Below the pieces are notes generated by a model. The model had not been told where the DNA came from. It was given only the letters and a program-made list of their open reading frames with translations, and did no database searches. This document shows positions 13,349 through 26,510 of a DNA stretch of 64,000 bases, piece after piece. A program made the position numbers and the translations under genes. Every line of letters starts with the position of its first letter. The first letter of the stretch is position 1. The DNA is from Octopus sinensis (Eukaryota), in NCBI RefSeq assembly GCF_006345805.1, contig NC_043008.1:39556001-39620000 (forward strand), read 5' to 3'.

Positions 13349-13443
13349 GTTACGGAGAGAAAACTGCTATGGAAAAGTCATAGTATAATAATAACTACCG
13401 TTATACTATGAGTCTTCCATAGTAGCTTTCTTCTCTCCGTAAC
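13349..13443. repeat. Imperfect ~95-bp foldback hairpin
   Basis: GTTACGGAGAGAAAACTGCTATGGAAAAGTCATAGTATAA pairs with TTATACTATGAGTCTTCCATAGTAGCTTTCTTCTCTCCGTAAC. Confidence 0.8.
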
Positions 13444-13723
13444 ACCTTGGGGTTTGTTTACAAATTTTATACGTAGTATTAGACAGTTTAAGTATGTATT
13501 AGCAAAAGTTTGGCTGAAATTGGTGGGTGAGCGTTTAACCCAATCGGATGCGCAAGGAGCTATGTAACTGTTGATTTGTGGGTTCGACTCTGGCTGAGGT
13601 TAGGTCATCAATTTTCAATCATTTGTTCGTATTGAAAATTGTCGCTTCAAACCGGAGAATAAATTATTATGATATATTATTATACAGTTCATATATATGT
13701 GTGTGTGTGTGTATTCATATACG

Positions 13724-13762
<39 letters not shown>

Positions 13763-14084
13763 GAGAGAGAGAGACAGACAGATAGATAGATATATAGATA
13801 TACAAAGTTTAGGTTAGTTGAAATTAAATTCACCCGATTTACTGTGTACAAAATTTCTCTTATGGTAAAATGTTGTTAAAACACCATATCAGCTCAGTGT
13901 CGCCATCTGCCATTCTCAGACATTGATGTTTCTCAGTCCTTAGTTTTTATAAATAGGAAATACCTAAGACAGGTAACTCTGAACAGATATTATAAAGCTA
14001 TAGCGTTATCAAACATACGATCATCAACATTGACGTGGAAATTACCGGAATTACCGAAATTTTAGCGCCAAGCAGCGTTTATAC

Positions 14085-15274
14085 ATGCAGGATAAATAAT
14101 GGTCAGCAGTGAAACAGTTTCTTCAGGATATTTATGAAAACAAGTGCTACAAAATGTAGGACTTTATTTATATTTTTATGGATATAGGTGTTCACGTTCA
14201 AACATATGACGTGTATATATAAGCCTTATATTTATACGAAAACATAAACGTATACAAACACATACATACGTAATCATCAAAATACAAACAGGTATATACA
14301 TATATATATATGCATATATATAAATATATATCTATATAGAATATTATACATACATTCATATTCGAGGATATACTCGAACACATATGCATATATATCTCTA
14401 CACATATTATTAACCTTACTTTTGCGTAACAGTGTGCACAAGTGTATATGTGCTTATAAGTGTGAGTATGGGTTTATTGTAGTGTGTTAATATCTGTCAA
14501 TGCTTTAAAAGGTGTGTGCTCCTCTATATGTGTATGAACGTCTGTTTATAGTTATAAGTCGAGATCGTTAAAGTCCTGTAAAATATATTTAAGTATCTGC
14601 ATGCGTCTAGCTATATGCTTATGATAGTTATAGTAAGTTTACAAATCTATGATTTAGCATTTTTTTTTGTTCATTCAAATAATTTCTTCCCCATAACTAA
14701 TAACTTATTCAAAGTTTCTTTTATTTCCTTTTCCTTTTCTTCAGGCTTTTTCTTCCTTTCATTCTCCCTCCCTATCTTTCTATACATTAGTTCCTTCTCT
14801 CACAAAACCTAGTTTGTTCCGACGACGTCATTTCAATTTCCAAGCGTCCATTGTTCGTATCTAAATATTTTATGAATCAACGTAATCTTGATGTGCTTAA
14901 GTAAGTGTGTGAATGTGTATACAATTATGGACTGGGGTCTACTGAATTTGGGGATGTGTATGCTCTTGTTTATATCAATGAGAGTTTGTTTATGAGGATT
15001 AGTATGTGAACGCTAGCATATAAATGCGTATGTGTGTGTGTGTGTATATCTCGGAATAAGAATGTATGTATGTATGTGTGTATATGTATAATATTATAAG
15101 CCAACAGAAGAAAGAGTGGGAGAAAGAGTGGTGAAAGAGTACAGCAGGGATCACCCCCTGTTTTCGCTCATAAACACTCACAACGCCCGGTCTGGGAATC
15201 GAAACCGCGATCGTACGACCGCGAGTCCGCTGCCCTAACCACTGGGTCATTGCGCCTCCACACACACACACACT

Positions 15275-15330
<56 letters not shown>

Positions 15331-15598
15331 CTTCTGTGTAACTGTTGTAATATGTGTAACTGTTTGTATTTTGATGAGTGTGTATGTATGTGTTTGTGTA
15401 CGTTTGTGTTTTTTAATGTACGTAATGTTTATATTTACACGTTATTTGTTTGAGTGTGAACGCCTGCATTCGTTTAAATATAAATAAAGACCAATATTTT
15501 GTAGGACTTTCTTTTCGGTTGACATCTTTATTTGATGAGCTTGCTATCATAAGCCTCCTGACGAGATCGGTGCACTGCTGACCATTATTTATCCTGCT
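14085..15598. repeat. Old inverted duplication (14085-14295 vs 15360-15598)
   Basis: Shared blocks include CACTGCTGACCATTATTTATCCTGC and CTGTTTGTATTTTGATGA..GTATGTATGTGTTTGT in opposite orientation. Confidence 0.65.
15108..15260 (-). mobile_element. SINE family D (tRNA-Arg-like head), 5' part
   Basis: Reverse complement of GGAGGCGCAATG(A/G)CCCAGTGGTTAGGGCAGCGGACTCGCGG; matches 62443 and 57612-57985. Confidence 0.8.
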
Positions 15599-15769
15599 GG
15601 ACATTTTGGAGTGCACTCGTCGAAACGTATGTAGAGGACTTCATTATATAAATGGATTAACATCTCGAGCGTTCGTCTCCTTTTTATATTTTAACACAGA
15701 CACACACACACACATATATACATGCATGCATACATACACACATACACATACACCCATAAACACACAGCC

Positions 15770-15818
<49 letters not shown>

Positions 15819-16137
15819 TTATTATTTGGGGGAATAAAATCCAAACTTACAAGGAAAAAGAGTTCAATTTTGAAATACTAAATCAAATTCCACACAATAT
15901 TATATTTTTCTAATATTTTATATATATATATATATATATAATATATATATATATATATGTATGTGTGTTTGTGTGTATGTATGTATATATGCAAATGCAA
16001 TACACGCACACACACATGAATAAAAATGCACACACCCAAACAAGCACCAAAAACCTCAGTGGCAGAATGACTTAAAAGCTCTTTGCCTTGAATATTATTG
16101 AGTTAAATGAGAAAGCGAGAGAGAGAAAGAGAGAGAG

Positions 16138-16171
<34 letters not shown>

Positions 16172-17627
16172 GTGCAGAACTCTAGGCGAACCAGTAAGAA
16201 CAACTCATCTTCCGGATGTAACTTTTAGAATAGCAAATTAATTCACTCACCATTTGTTGGTTGGAGGATGAAAAACAAACTCTAATTCATCTTCATGCTC
16301 AGACATTGACGGCCAGTGATCCTGAAACCATGTAAAATGAATACTTCATTGCGAAGACTGGAATGCATTCGATGCTGAGGATGTTTAAAAAACCATTGTA
16401 GAGTGAAATATGATAGAGAAAAGTATAGAAAATATACTCAAAGAATATTCTTCGAAAAATGCGAGAAAACGACACAGATATGATGTCCTCCACATATGCG
16501 GTTTTCAATCATTCGCACGAAAGTCAAATATAACCACTGTAAGATATGAACATCCTGTTGTCGTACTCTATGAAATGTAGGGTATATGATGTGATTGTAA
16601 AATACTTCGAATGATAGGTTACTTTTTAAAAACTTGTCAAATACTGAAAAATAAGCATTATCTTTGAAAGTTCAAGGCTTTTTAGACATTCCAACGCAAA
16701 TATCTTCACAGTGCTACATCATCTTCTGGAGGTTTAACAACAGCAGAAATATACGGAGTGACTATATCCATCCTACATGGTAAATCTTCAATACTTTATG
16801 GGCAACATCTTGCTATGTCCATATCTATTAATTTTTGTACATATACAATATATTTATTATGTGAATTTATTTCTTTGTTTCTCCACGCTTTCACACACTT
16901 TTATATAACTATGTATACGTTACTGAATCTACGAAGTTACCCTGCTGAGACTTATCATCACAAACACCGTCATCGTCGTCGTCGTTATCGTCGTGATCAT
17001 TTATTATAATGCGGGAACTGCTGTTCACCAGCGGCATTCTGTTGATGCATTGAAGATACGTGATCGCAATTTCTTTTGGTGATATCCTGAACATGAACGT
17101 TAAACTTCTGCAATAATATTCAGCTGACAAATGCATGTGCCATGTAAATGCTTAACGCGCTTCATGTTTATAATCATGACGTACAAATCAGTCATCTGGT
17201 TCAATAGTTTCAAACTTAATACTTAAATGTCTGGGGAAAATTTTACTGCAGCATTTATGATAAATTCCTAACGTTTCTCACCATCATATTCCACAATGAT
17301 ATGCAGCAAGTTTACACATTTCTTTGAAATTTTTCCAGAATTAGCATCCTTCTTTTACTGTTTCCTGAAAGTCTCAGTTTTCATACTCTGTCTTTTCTTT
17401 GTCTACAAGTTGAAATATACAGTGTATTCAACGTTGCTGTTATATTACAATTCCAGTGGATTCCCATTTCTAATGTTTCTGGCTTTGTTTCAGTAAAACC
17501 GTATGCAAAATTTCGTACTAACGTGTTAGAAAGTTGTCGACTATTAACTTCTGCCTGTTGGAGCTGAAATTTAATTTCTCGAAATGTTTGAAATTTTATT
17601 CTGCATTCTGCAAGAAATTTTATTCTG

Positions 17628-18305
17628 CAAGAAACTAATCATGTTCCTTGAAGAAAATGACTTGCTGACTGACACCTAGCATGGATTTCGACCAGGTAGA
17701 AGCTGTCTAACACAGCTCCTGCAACACTATCACTGGGTGTTAAAACAGCTACTAAATGGCTCAAGTGTGGATGTGATATATCTCGACTTTGCAAAAGCCT
17801 TTTCTAAAGTCGACCATGGTATGATCTGTCACAAACTGCGTGATCTCGGCATAGGCAGAAAACTTGGAGAGTGGCTGCACAACTTCCTAAAAGATGGAAG
17901 GCAGGCAGCGGTGGCCAATGAAGCCACCTCCAAGGAAACACAAATAACACGTTGTGTTCCACAGGACACTGTCTTGGAACATCACCGTCAAAATACAGGA
18001 CCAGATACTGCAACAGCTTGGGTTTCAGGGCACCACAGCTCTTTAATATCCTTCCCAAATGCCTGAGAGACCTTCATGGTGTGGATGTGGGTTTCTTTAA
18101 AACTAAACTGGATCTCTTCTTGTCAGGGATTCCAGATGAACCTACCTCTCGGCAGGAAACACAGATGCAGGCAGCAGCATCGAACTCCCTTGTTGATCAA
18201 GTGCCACGTATCAGAGGTGGTTTCACATACTAGTGTAGCTCATTGAACGGTGGCGCCCCAGCATGGCCGCAGCTTTCGGGGTGAAACATTTTTAAGGATT
18301 TAAGG
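17628..18305 (+). mobile_element. CR1-group LINE fragment with a large internal deletion
   Basis: RT motifs HGFRPGRSCLTQLL and VDVIYLDFAKAFSKVDH...VPQDTVL are joined at ~17978 directly to the C-terminal PSKYRTRYCNSLGFRAPQLFNILP...FKTKLDLFL and a 3' tail; a stop codon is present. Confidence 0.85.
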
Positions 18306-18779
18306 ATACGTTCTCACTGAAATTGACCTTCACCTACCCAGAGATATACATGCCTACGTACACCGACACTTGCAAGCACTCATACACACTCATACTTATG
18401 TAGATAACTTTACACAAATGTATACAATAAACACGATCATGATCAGAGTTCATCTACACCTACAGAGTTCTAATAAACAGAATTATTCCGCTTCTGTTTA
18501 AGTATCTCCGGTTATGGTAAATTCTGTCTCGATTGTCATTCCTTGTACTCGGCTGTAGATAATCATAAAGCTACATAGGTGATATGGAAAATTATATCAA
18601 ATGTATTATTCATTCATATATCTGAATAATTTCACCATTACGCACAAAGTTTCGGCTATGATATCGTATATCAATATACCACAGTGAACGAGCCGACACG
18701 CTTTTAATTTCAGGAACAGGCACCATGATTTAAATACGCGTCTACTGTATATATGTGATTAAGGATAGACAAATAGGCA

Positions 18780-19570
18780 TTCACGTCACACACACACGCA
18801 CACACACGCATGCACACATACACACGCTCAGGTACCTACAGACCTGCACACACACGCACACATACACACGCATGCACACACACATATACGCACACTCACG
18901 CAGATACACGCACATACATATACACTCACGCACACATACACCCGCACACGCACACACGCACATATAGACACGCATACACACACACACGCACACATACGCA
19001 CACACGTACGCGCACAGACTCACACACACATACAAGCACACATGCATATACACGCACACACGCACTCGCGCACACACATCCGCACACACACACACGCACA
19101 TATACACACGCATACACACACACGCACACATTCACACGCACGCACACACACGCACGTACACACACGCACGCACACACACACTCACACACACACATCCGCA
19201 GACTCACACGCACACACGCAAGCACACATGCATATACACGCACACACGCACTCGCGCACACACATCCGCGCACACACACACGCACATATACACACGCATA
19301 CATACACACGCACACATACGCACACACGCGCATATACACGCACGTACACACACGCACGCACACACACACACACTCACGCACACATATCCGCACACACACA
19401 CGCACACACACACACGCAAGCACACATGCATATACACGCACACACGCACTCACGCATACACATCCGCGCACACACACACTCACACATACACCCGCATGCA
19501 CGCACGCACGCACACGCACATACGCACACACACACGCATCTACACGCACAACCACACACACACATGCACG
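18780..19570. repeat. (CA/CG)-rich compound microsatellite with higher-order ~190-bp recurrence
   Basis: The block CAAGCACACATGCATATACACGCACACACGCACTC recurs near 19034, 19219 and 19417; its H/T-rich ORFs are artefacts. Confidence 0.85.
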
Positions 19571-19732
19571 GGTATATGTCTATATGTGCATGTGTTTATG
19601 AATGTTAATATTTATTACACATGAACAAATTCAACATGCGTCTATGCATACATGTGCATATGAGTGTGTGTGTGTGCGTGTGCGTGTCTGTGTGTGCACA
19701 CGCGCATAAGTGTGTGTGCTTATGCGGGCGTA

Positions 19733-21420
19733 TACGAGGTGCATTCCGGAATGTTGGAGACTGTTTTTAGGAGAGGCAGTTATAAAATTGAATTCATATA
19801 CATAAATAATCTATATACGGTATATAGATTTAATAATCTGACCCTGTTAGCTTTTGTTATTCCAGATTGACGGCGACTAATGTAACAGCACTTGGAACGC
19901 ACCCTGATAAACATTACTTGACACGGCTGACTAACTTGGAAGAATGCAGCCGTGACCTGAAGATAATTTCGAAGCTCGCTATGCAATAAAATTTCGTGTT
20001 AAAGTAGGAAAAAAAGCTCCAGGAACATAGGAAAGGCTCCACATTACTTATGGATTAACATGTAGGAGTTGATTATCTGTTTTGTTTTTCTTTCTGGTAC
20101 AAGAGTCTCAAGTTTCAGCTCCGAGCTGCGGCCATGCTGATGCACCGACGTGCATCATGCGCAAAGTTGTTTAAAATTTTTTTCAGTGTGCTTTTTTGTG
20201 AAAGGAAGGGCAGACGCGTTGTTGAAAGCAGGCAGATAGTTGAGCTCATTACTTTCAATCCAAGAGTACCTGAGTCTCTAGCGACCTGTAACAAAAGCTG
20301 AACCTCATGTTATGATCAAAACATCAAGAGACAGCGCGCTCAATCGAAGATAATTTCGAAGCTCACTATGCAATAAAATTTCGTGTTAAAGTGTGAAAAA
20401 AAGATCCAGAAACATAGGAAAGGCTCCGCATTGCTTATGGATTAACAAGTAGGAGTTGAGTATTTGTTTTTTTTTTCTTTCTGGTACAAGAGTCTCAAGG
20501 ACGGAAGAGTTGGGGTAAGAGATGAATGCAAGGAAAGAACGTCCGAACACCAGAAGTGGTTCAGAAAATTCGCAATATACTGGTAGATCACCGTTATGTG
20601 TCTCTAAAGACAATAAGTAAACTTTGGAGTTATTGGGGAAATTTTGCATAGTTATTCATGAAGATCTGAACATTTTTTCCCCTCTAGTTTCACCTCCGAG
20701 CTGCGGCCATGCTGATGCACCGACGTGCATCATGCGCAAAATTGTTTAAATTTTTTTCAGTGTGCTCTTTTACGAACGGATGGTCGGACGCGTTGGTGAA
20801 AGCAGGCAGATAGTTGAGCTCATTACTTTCAATCCAAGAGTACCTGAGTCTCTAGCGACCTGTAACAAAAGCTGAACCTCATGTTATGATCAACACATCA
20901 AGAGACAGCGTGCCCAATCGAAGCCAGGCGGCTCCCTTAGACCTATGAAAGCCATGCAAAGAAATTGCACTAGGAAGTCAAGAGGTGCCTCTTTCTTAAC
21001 AGCAAAGGTATCAGCTACATTTAGTAAATCCCTTTCATGGAGGCGGTCAACCAAAACACTTAGTGTAAGTTTGAGTGAGTTCAGGAATAAATTTTGTCGC
21101 AAAAGGTCAGACCTCTTTCATTCGGGCCGGTGGTACCTGCACCAAGTCAATGTACCAGTCCACGATACCATCCGGGTAAACAATTATGGGCATCAAATCT
21201 TCCACTTCGTTTCTCTTAGTTCAGACCTTGCATTTTGCTGTTCCTTAAAGCTGAAGGAGAACTTCAGGAGCAGTCGATTTGAAGAGATAGAAGTTGACCG
21301 CGTCGATACCTTCATACTGAAAGACTTCCATGGGTCCATCACGAAGTGGCTGTAGCGCTGCAACAATGCATTGGAGTCTGAAGATTCTACTCTGCAGGTG
21401 TTTAGAGTTTTGTACTGCAT
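19733..21420 (+). mobile_element. Decayed mariner (Tc1/mariner) element interrupted by a LINE tail and a tandem duplication
   Basis: TACGAGG TIR-like start; N-terminal YAIKFRVKV and TPEVVQKIRNIL...IHEDLN; catalytic-region remnant RKRSDLFHSGRWYLHQVNVPVH...SSDLAF...KLKENFRSSRFEEIE...KWL*RC. Confidence 0.75.
20684..21060 (-). mobile_element. CR1-like LINE 3' end inserted in the mariner (partial duplicate at 20113-20349)
   Basis: Ends in CAGCATGGCCGCAGCTCGGAG(C/G)TGAAAC, the same tail motif as the CR1 copies at 10.2 and 18.3 kb. Confidence 0.55.
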
Positions 21421-21961
21421 TGATATCAATGAATATCTCTTCTGAAATATGTGTATGTGTTTGTGCTTATTTAAGAGCATGCTCTTTTAAACACAAAGAT
21501 ACGCACATATACGTGCGAGTACACATATATACATGCATACATAGCGAGCCATACACAAACAATTCCACTCATTATCGTTTCTTCAAATACGATTTTCAAC
21601 ATGATAGATCTCTTATTCAATCTTGCATGGAATACTGCTGACACGTGTAGGCTGAAGCCTTTGCCGGTGTTCTTTCTCTGCTCCAACAACAGCGCTAACT
21701 TTGTTGGTTCTGTTTCGGCAGCTAAACTTCATGCCGACCCTACTTTCATCAGCAGAACATTGCTTCATTAACTCTTTTCTATAAATAACTCCATGACCGT
21801 CATTCTGCTGAACATTCTTGTATTTCCTCTAACAGTTATTAATCGATTAACTTGAGTTAATTCTTTTCCTTTCCTTATTACTGTCTCCTCTTTTAAGAAG
21901 TATTTCGACACCAGTAGTTTCTTATCTCTATCATATGACGTAATGAATTTTCCTTTCTTTA

Positions 21962-22245
21962 TTCTTTTCTACTCTAGGCACAAGGCCCGAAATTCTGGTG
22001 GAGGGAGCCAGTCGATTAGATAGACCCCAGTACGCAACTGGTACTTAATTTATCAACCCCGAAAGGCTGAAAGGCAAAGTCGACCTCGGCGGAATTTGAA
22101 CTCAGAGGCCGATTTCGCCTTTCATCATTTGGGTCGATAAACTAAGTGCCAGTTGCGTACTGGGGTCGATCTAATCGACTGGACCACTCCCTCAAAATTT
22201 CGGTCCTTGTGCCTAGAGTAGAAACGAAAAAAAATCATTCTTTCC
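21962..22245. mobile_element. Two SINE-A 3' halves joined head-to-head (minus 21962-22106, plus 22107-22245)
   Basis: The core and tail are present in both orientations with only a few nucleotides between them. Confidence 0.8.
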
Positions 22246-22406
22246 CGTGAACAATTATCGTTTAGAGGAACTGAAGATATGTCTAGTTCATGCTAGATAT
22301 GAAACCAAGGGTTATTTTTCTAAACTGTTACTTTGCACAGACAAAAATATACAACTGCTCTATATTTTATATAGTATGCTCACCTTCTGATTTATGATCT
22401 TATAAC

Positions 22407-22458
<52 letters not shown>

Positions 22459-22486
22459 TTTACTTAAAGCAGCAGAAAATTCAACA

Positions 22487-22532
22487 AAATCTGTTACTCT
22501 GAGTTTCTCGTTGCCGTTCATCAGACAGTTTT
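22487..22532 (-). ncRNA. Minimal type I hammerhead ribozyme motif
   Basis: Minus strand: AAAACUGU-CUGAUGA-A-CG-GCAA-CG-A-GAAAC-UCAGA-GUA/ACAGAUUU. Stem I has one mismatch; stem III is ACUC-A-GAGU. Confidence 0.65.
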
Positions 22533-22602
22533 TGTTAGAAAAACTGTCTAACAAAAAAACATTCTAACACAAACTGTCTGATGAACGGCAACGAGAAACT
22601 CA
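22501..22602. repeat. Inverted repeat (31-bp perfect core, ~40-bp arms) duplicating the hammerhead core
   Basis: GAGTTTCTCGTTGCCGTTCATCAGACAGTTT / AAACTGTCTGATGAACGGCAACGAGAAACTC; lies between (TA)n tracts. Confidence 0.9.
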
Positions 22603-22695
22603 TATTACTCTACCACTGGTATTTGAGTACTCTTTTTTTCCACCTTGTTTCACATTTATGTGTTTACTCCGGTATATATATATATATATATATAA

Positions 22696-22880
22696 CGGTG
22701 CATGATTCAGTGGCTAGGCCGTCCGCTTCACATTCATGAGGTAGTGGGTTAGATCCCATAATTTTGGTTCTCGAGCAAGACACCTTATTTCACATTGCTC
22801 CAGTTCACTCCGCTCTACAAAATAAATTCCAACATCACTTGAGCCAAGGTGTAGCGACCTTTGCCTTTCCCTTGGGTACC
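22696..22880 (+). mobile_element. SINE family C, decayed
   Basis: tRNA-like head plus TCTCGAGCAAGACACCTTATTTCACATTGCTCCAGTTCACTC. Confidence 0.65.
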
Positions 22881-23007
22881 ATCAGATGCGTGGAGAATAG
22901 GAGCTAGTGATTACTCGGATTCTATAAACAATCTTTCCCGGATTCTTTTCTTTGAGGGAAACTTTCTAGGTACAATCATTCATAACCGAAGTGGGTCTTT
23001 ACTCTTT

Positions 23008-23105
<98 letters not shown>

Positions 23106-24315
23106 ATAGATCATTGTAGATATTTCATTTTGCATAATTGACGAGCGAGATGTGGATTAGAGCTAGTGAAAATATGCTAAACGAAGAGCCTCATGCATTG
23201 TAAAACCCATGAACTAGTGACTAAACTGTAGACAAGAAATGAGAATCTTACTGTCGGATGAGAAAGGGAATGGAAGAGAAACCTAATAGATTTTATAGTA
23301 TCCACTTCAATTTTCGCTAGGAATGTTATATATACAAAGAAGGGTAAATTTTCCTCCAGATACCCTCTCTCACTCACACACCCATGTCAAGACACACACT
23401 GGCATACGAACAGAAACACAGATGTTCAAACACATATACACATACTTATATATTTGTGTGTATATATATATATATATATTCACACACATATATATATGCA
23501 TATATATACACAGCTATATATATATACACCTCTTTCTCTCTCCCTATATATATATGTATATATAAATACATGTATATTATACAAATATATATAGATATAT
23601 ATGTAAGTACATCTATCAAAATACCCCCACATTAATACCTTTATACGCACATAAATTCATACGTATGTGTGCAATTGTACAACTACATATGCATATGTAT
23701 ATTTGTGTGTATATATATGTGCCTGTGTATGTGTGCGCATATATGATATATTATACATTATATATATATATATAATATATATATATATATAAACTACACA
23801 CCACACACACGCACACACATACACATATGGTCGTATATATATATACATACATATATAAAACTAGAGACGGAAGTTTTCTAAGACTTTCTTTCATATACCA
23901 TTTCGCCTTTCCTCCCACCTTCCGTCATTTGCTAATGGGTCAATGGTTACCAATATACATTACCTTAACCACCATTAATCTTCTTTGACAAAATAATAAG
24001 ACCTTTGTAAGGGATATAATCATATATCTTCTCCTTCGTGCGATTAGCGACCGAGGTCTGTAAATTTATATATGTTACATCTATGTAATTTACTCAAATT
24101 TCTTTAGATCTAAGCTTATACGGTGCCACACTGAAAATCTTGTCATATCTTTAATATCAATTGCACCCAAATGGGTTTGGAATCTATCTATGTGTCTCAG
24201 ACTTGTTTTTAATTAAGTGTTAGCTTTCATCTGTCTTTTAGTTTTGGAAAATGGGTTTGTTGTTATTTGCGATTATATCGATAGGAGATACCTAGATAAC
24301 ATAATTTCTTTGCCT

Positions 24316-24356
<41 letters not shown>

Positions 24357-24469
24357 CACAGCTCTCTCTCTATATATATATTTATGCGTGTGTCTGTCTC
24401 TGTGTGTGTAGGTATACATAATGGCTAAGTCAATATACATATGTACACTTGAAGTTCCTTCATCAAGAA

Positions 24470-24609
24470 AAACACAGCAATACCACGGTTTCGAACACCT
24501 CTGAACGCGAATAAATCGTGCTTTATATATACATATATATATATATATAAATAAAGCACGATTTATTCCTGATCAGAAGTGCTCGAAAACCGAGGTACTA
24601 CTGTATTTT
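24470..24609. repeat. Decayed inverted repeat around (TA)n with hammerhead-like remnants
   Basis: Arms share AATAAATCGTGCTTTAT and GAAA(A)CCG(T/A)GGTA; the core CUGAUGA has decayed to CUGAUCA or GCGUUCA. Confidence 0.65.
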
Positions 24610-25779
24610 AATGTATGCTTTTTCAGATTCCATACTCCGACTCAGCAATAGTCGGCGAAGCTTTTATAACGTGATGTGTAGTATCCTCCAATTATTGAGG
24701 CAGAAAATAAACATGGTTGCTTTCTGAGAAAATGAAAGAGAATAATAAATAATGAAACCAAAAATAAGTAAAAAGAAGGAAACAAGAGACCTTAAGCTGG
24801 TATATGTTTTGCTGTTTGAATTAGAATTAACATTATTTGGTTAATTCGATGGGGGAAAGTTTAAAATTTGTAAGACACTCTATGATATCCCAATAGCTTG
24901 GTGTTTATAAATCCGACAGAAAAACTTGTCGTAATGCAGGATTTGTATAGCTGAAAGACTACATATCCTTCTTAAATTTAGGAAGTTTAGCCAACCAACG
25001 GTATTCGAGATCGGAAATTTTCACAAAATGCGAGCATCTTGACAATTATCTTTCCTTGATCTAGAAAACACCAGTCTCTCCTGGTTAGGTATATAATGTT
25101 ACACACTCTAACATTTACCCGTCGAATTAATCCACACCGGACATTATGAATGCCGCTTCCAACAGGTCAAAAGAATACAAATCTTATCGCCTTCCCTCCA
25201 AGCTTTTTCATTTCTTTCCTTTTCTCTGAGAACTGCCATGTTTAATTTAGAAGGTTGCAGAATAAAATATCTCATGCAACTGCTGTAATATCCGTGGAAG
25301 GAAATTTATTATAGATAGATTCATAGATAAATAGTTAGACAGAGAGAAAGACAGGGTTAAATATATGAATACATATATCTATATGTGTGAATGTGTGCGT
25401 GTGGCTTTGTCCTATTTTCAAATATTTCATTTTAGCTGTACTTACATATCATTATACGAGTTATCGAAGTATAACTGATTCTTTTTATTTTCATCAATCT
25501 TTGCGCGCTAATCGCTTTGCACCGAAATAGTACTTTCGATATAACTACTAAATATTTACGCATTAATATACGGTAATAGCTCTGTCCTTAATTTGATTTT
25601 ATATACTATTTTTAATGTTGGTTTCAGGATTCGAACACTTTATGAATACAATTTTGCGGTGCGGCTTGAATCTAATTGATAGTTCAGATAATTTTGTACA
25701 TCACTGATTTCTGTAACATAATCTATATAAACAGTATCACAAACGTAGGTCAATGTTTTAAATTCCATTTAAAAAGTGC

Positions 25780-26510
25780 GTAAAGACCATAAACATTGCT
25801 ACAATAAATGGATATCAAGATAGCGCATACATCAGGTAATGGACTCCACTATACTGAGGCATCGATTGGACGAATGAAACACTGCACTTCAGGAACTTGT
25901 ACATTCTGAATATTAATATCAGGATTGGACAGAGAAGCAGAATTTTGAAACAGAAAACATGTATACAATGTAAATAGATCGTAAGTGAAAAAAATTCTAA
26001 CCATGCTTTTTACCGTTCTCCTCGGTGAATAAAGAATACTTTAATACTGACGAAAAAAAAAAATCCCTGGAAAGGATTAGGTAACACCTGAAATAATACG
26101 TGGTGGAAGAAAATAGTTTTTGAAAATTCTCCTTCTATGTTAAATTTGATATTTAAACGAGGAAATATTGACGACGTGGAAATTTAATGCCCTATACGTT
26201 TCTTGTCTGAGGCTATTTACAAAGCTCATAAATACCAGATTATCGAAACATCTCGATAAACAAAAGCCGAGGCAGCAAGCGAGAGAACACATACCTTACA
26301 GAATGACTTAGTGTCAGTTGTCCTTTTATGTCACCTTTGAATTCAGTACTATGTCTTTGGATTTGTAAAGTGTTGAGGTACCATAAATCAAAATTGTCTG
26401 GATGGTGGACACCAATATATATCTGTTGTCACCAGCCGAAAACCTCCCGGTTGGGATCGACAAGGGAGATAACATCAATCAAAACCTCTTTACTGAATGT
26501 ATCGAAATAC
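25780..26510 (+). mobile_element. Ancient RTE-like LINE reverse-transcriptase relic
   Basis: Frame fragments LIFKRGNIDDVEI*CPIRFLSEAIYK and LPVGIDKGDNINQNLFTECIE resemble RT motifs (LIFKKGD..NYRPISLL; G.RQGD.ISPKLFT..LE). Confidence 0.45.

Noticed and set aside
18755-19608. Long H/T- and V/C-rich ORFs (up to 263 aa)
   Set aside because: Translations of a (CA)n-derived compound microsatellite, open in most frames.
21690-21760. Minus-strand CUGAUGA...GAAAC
   Set aside because: Stem II is out of register, and there is no stem III or NUH site.
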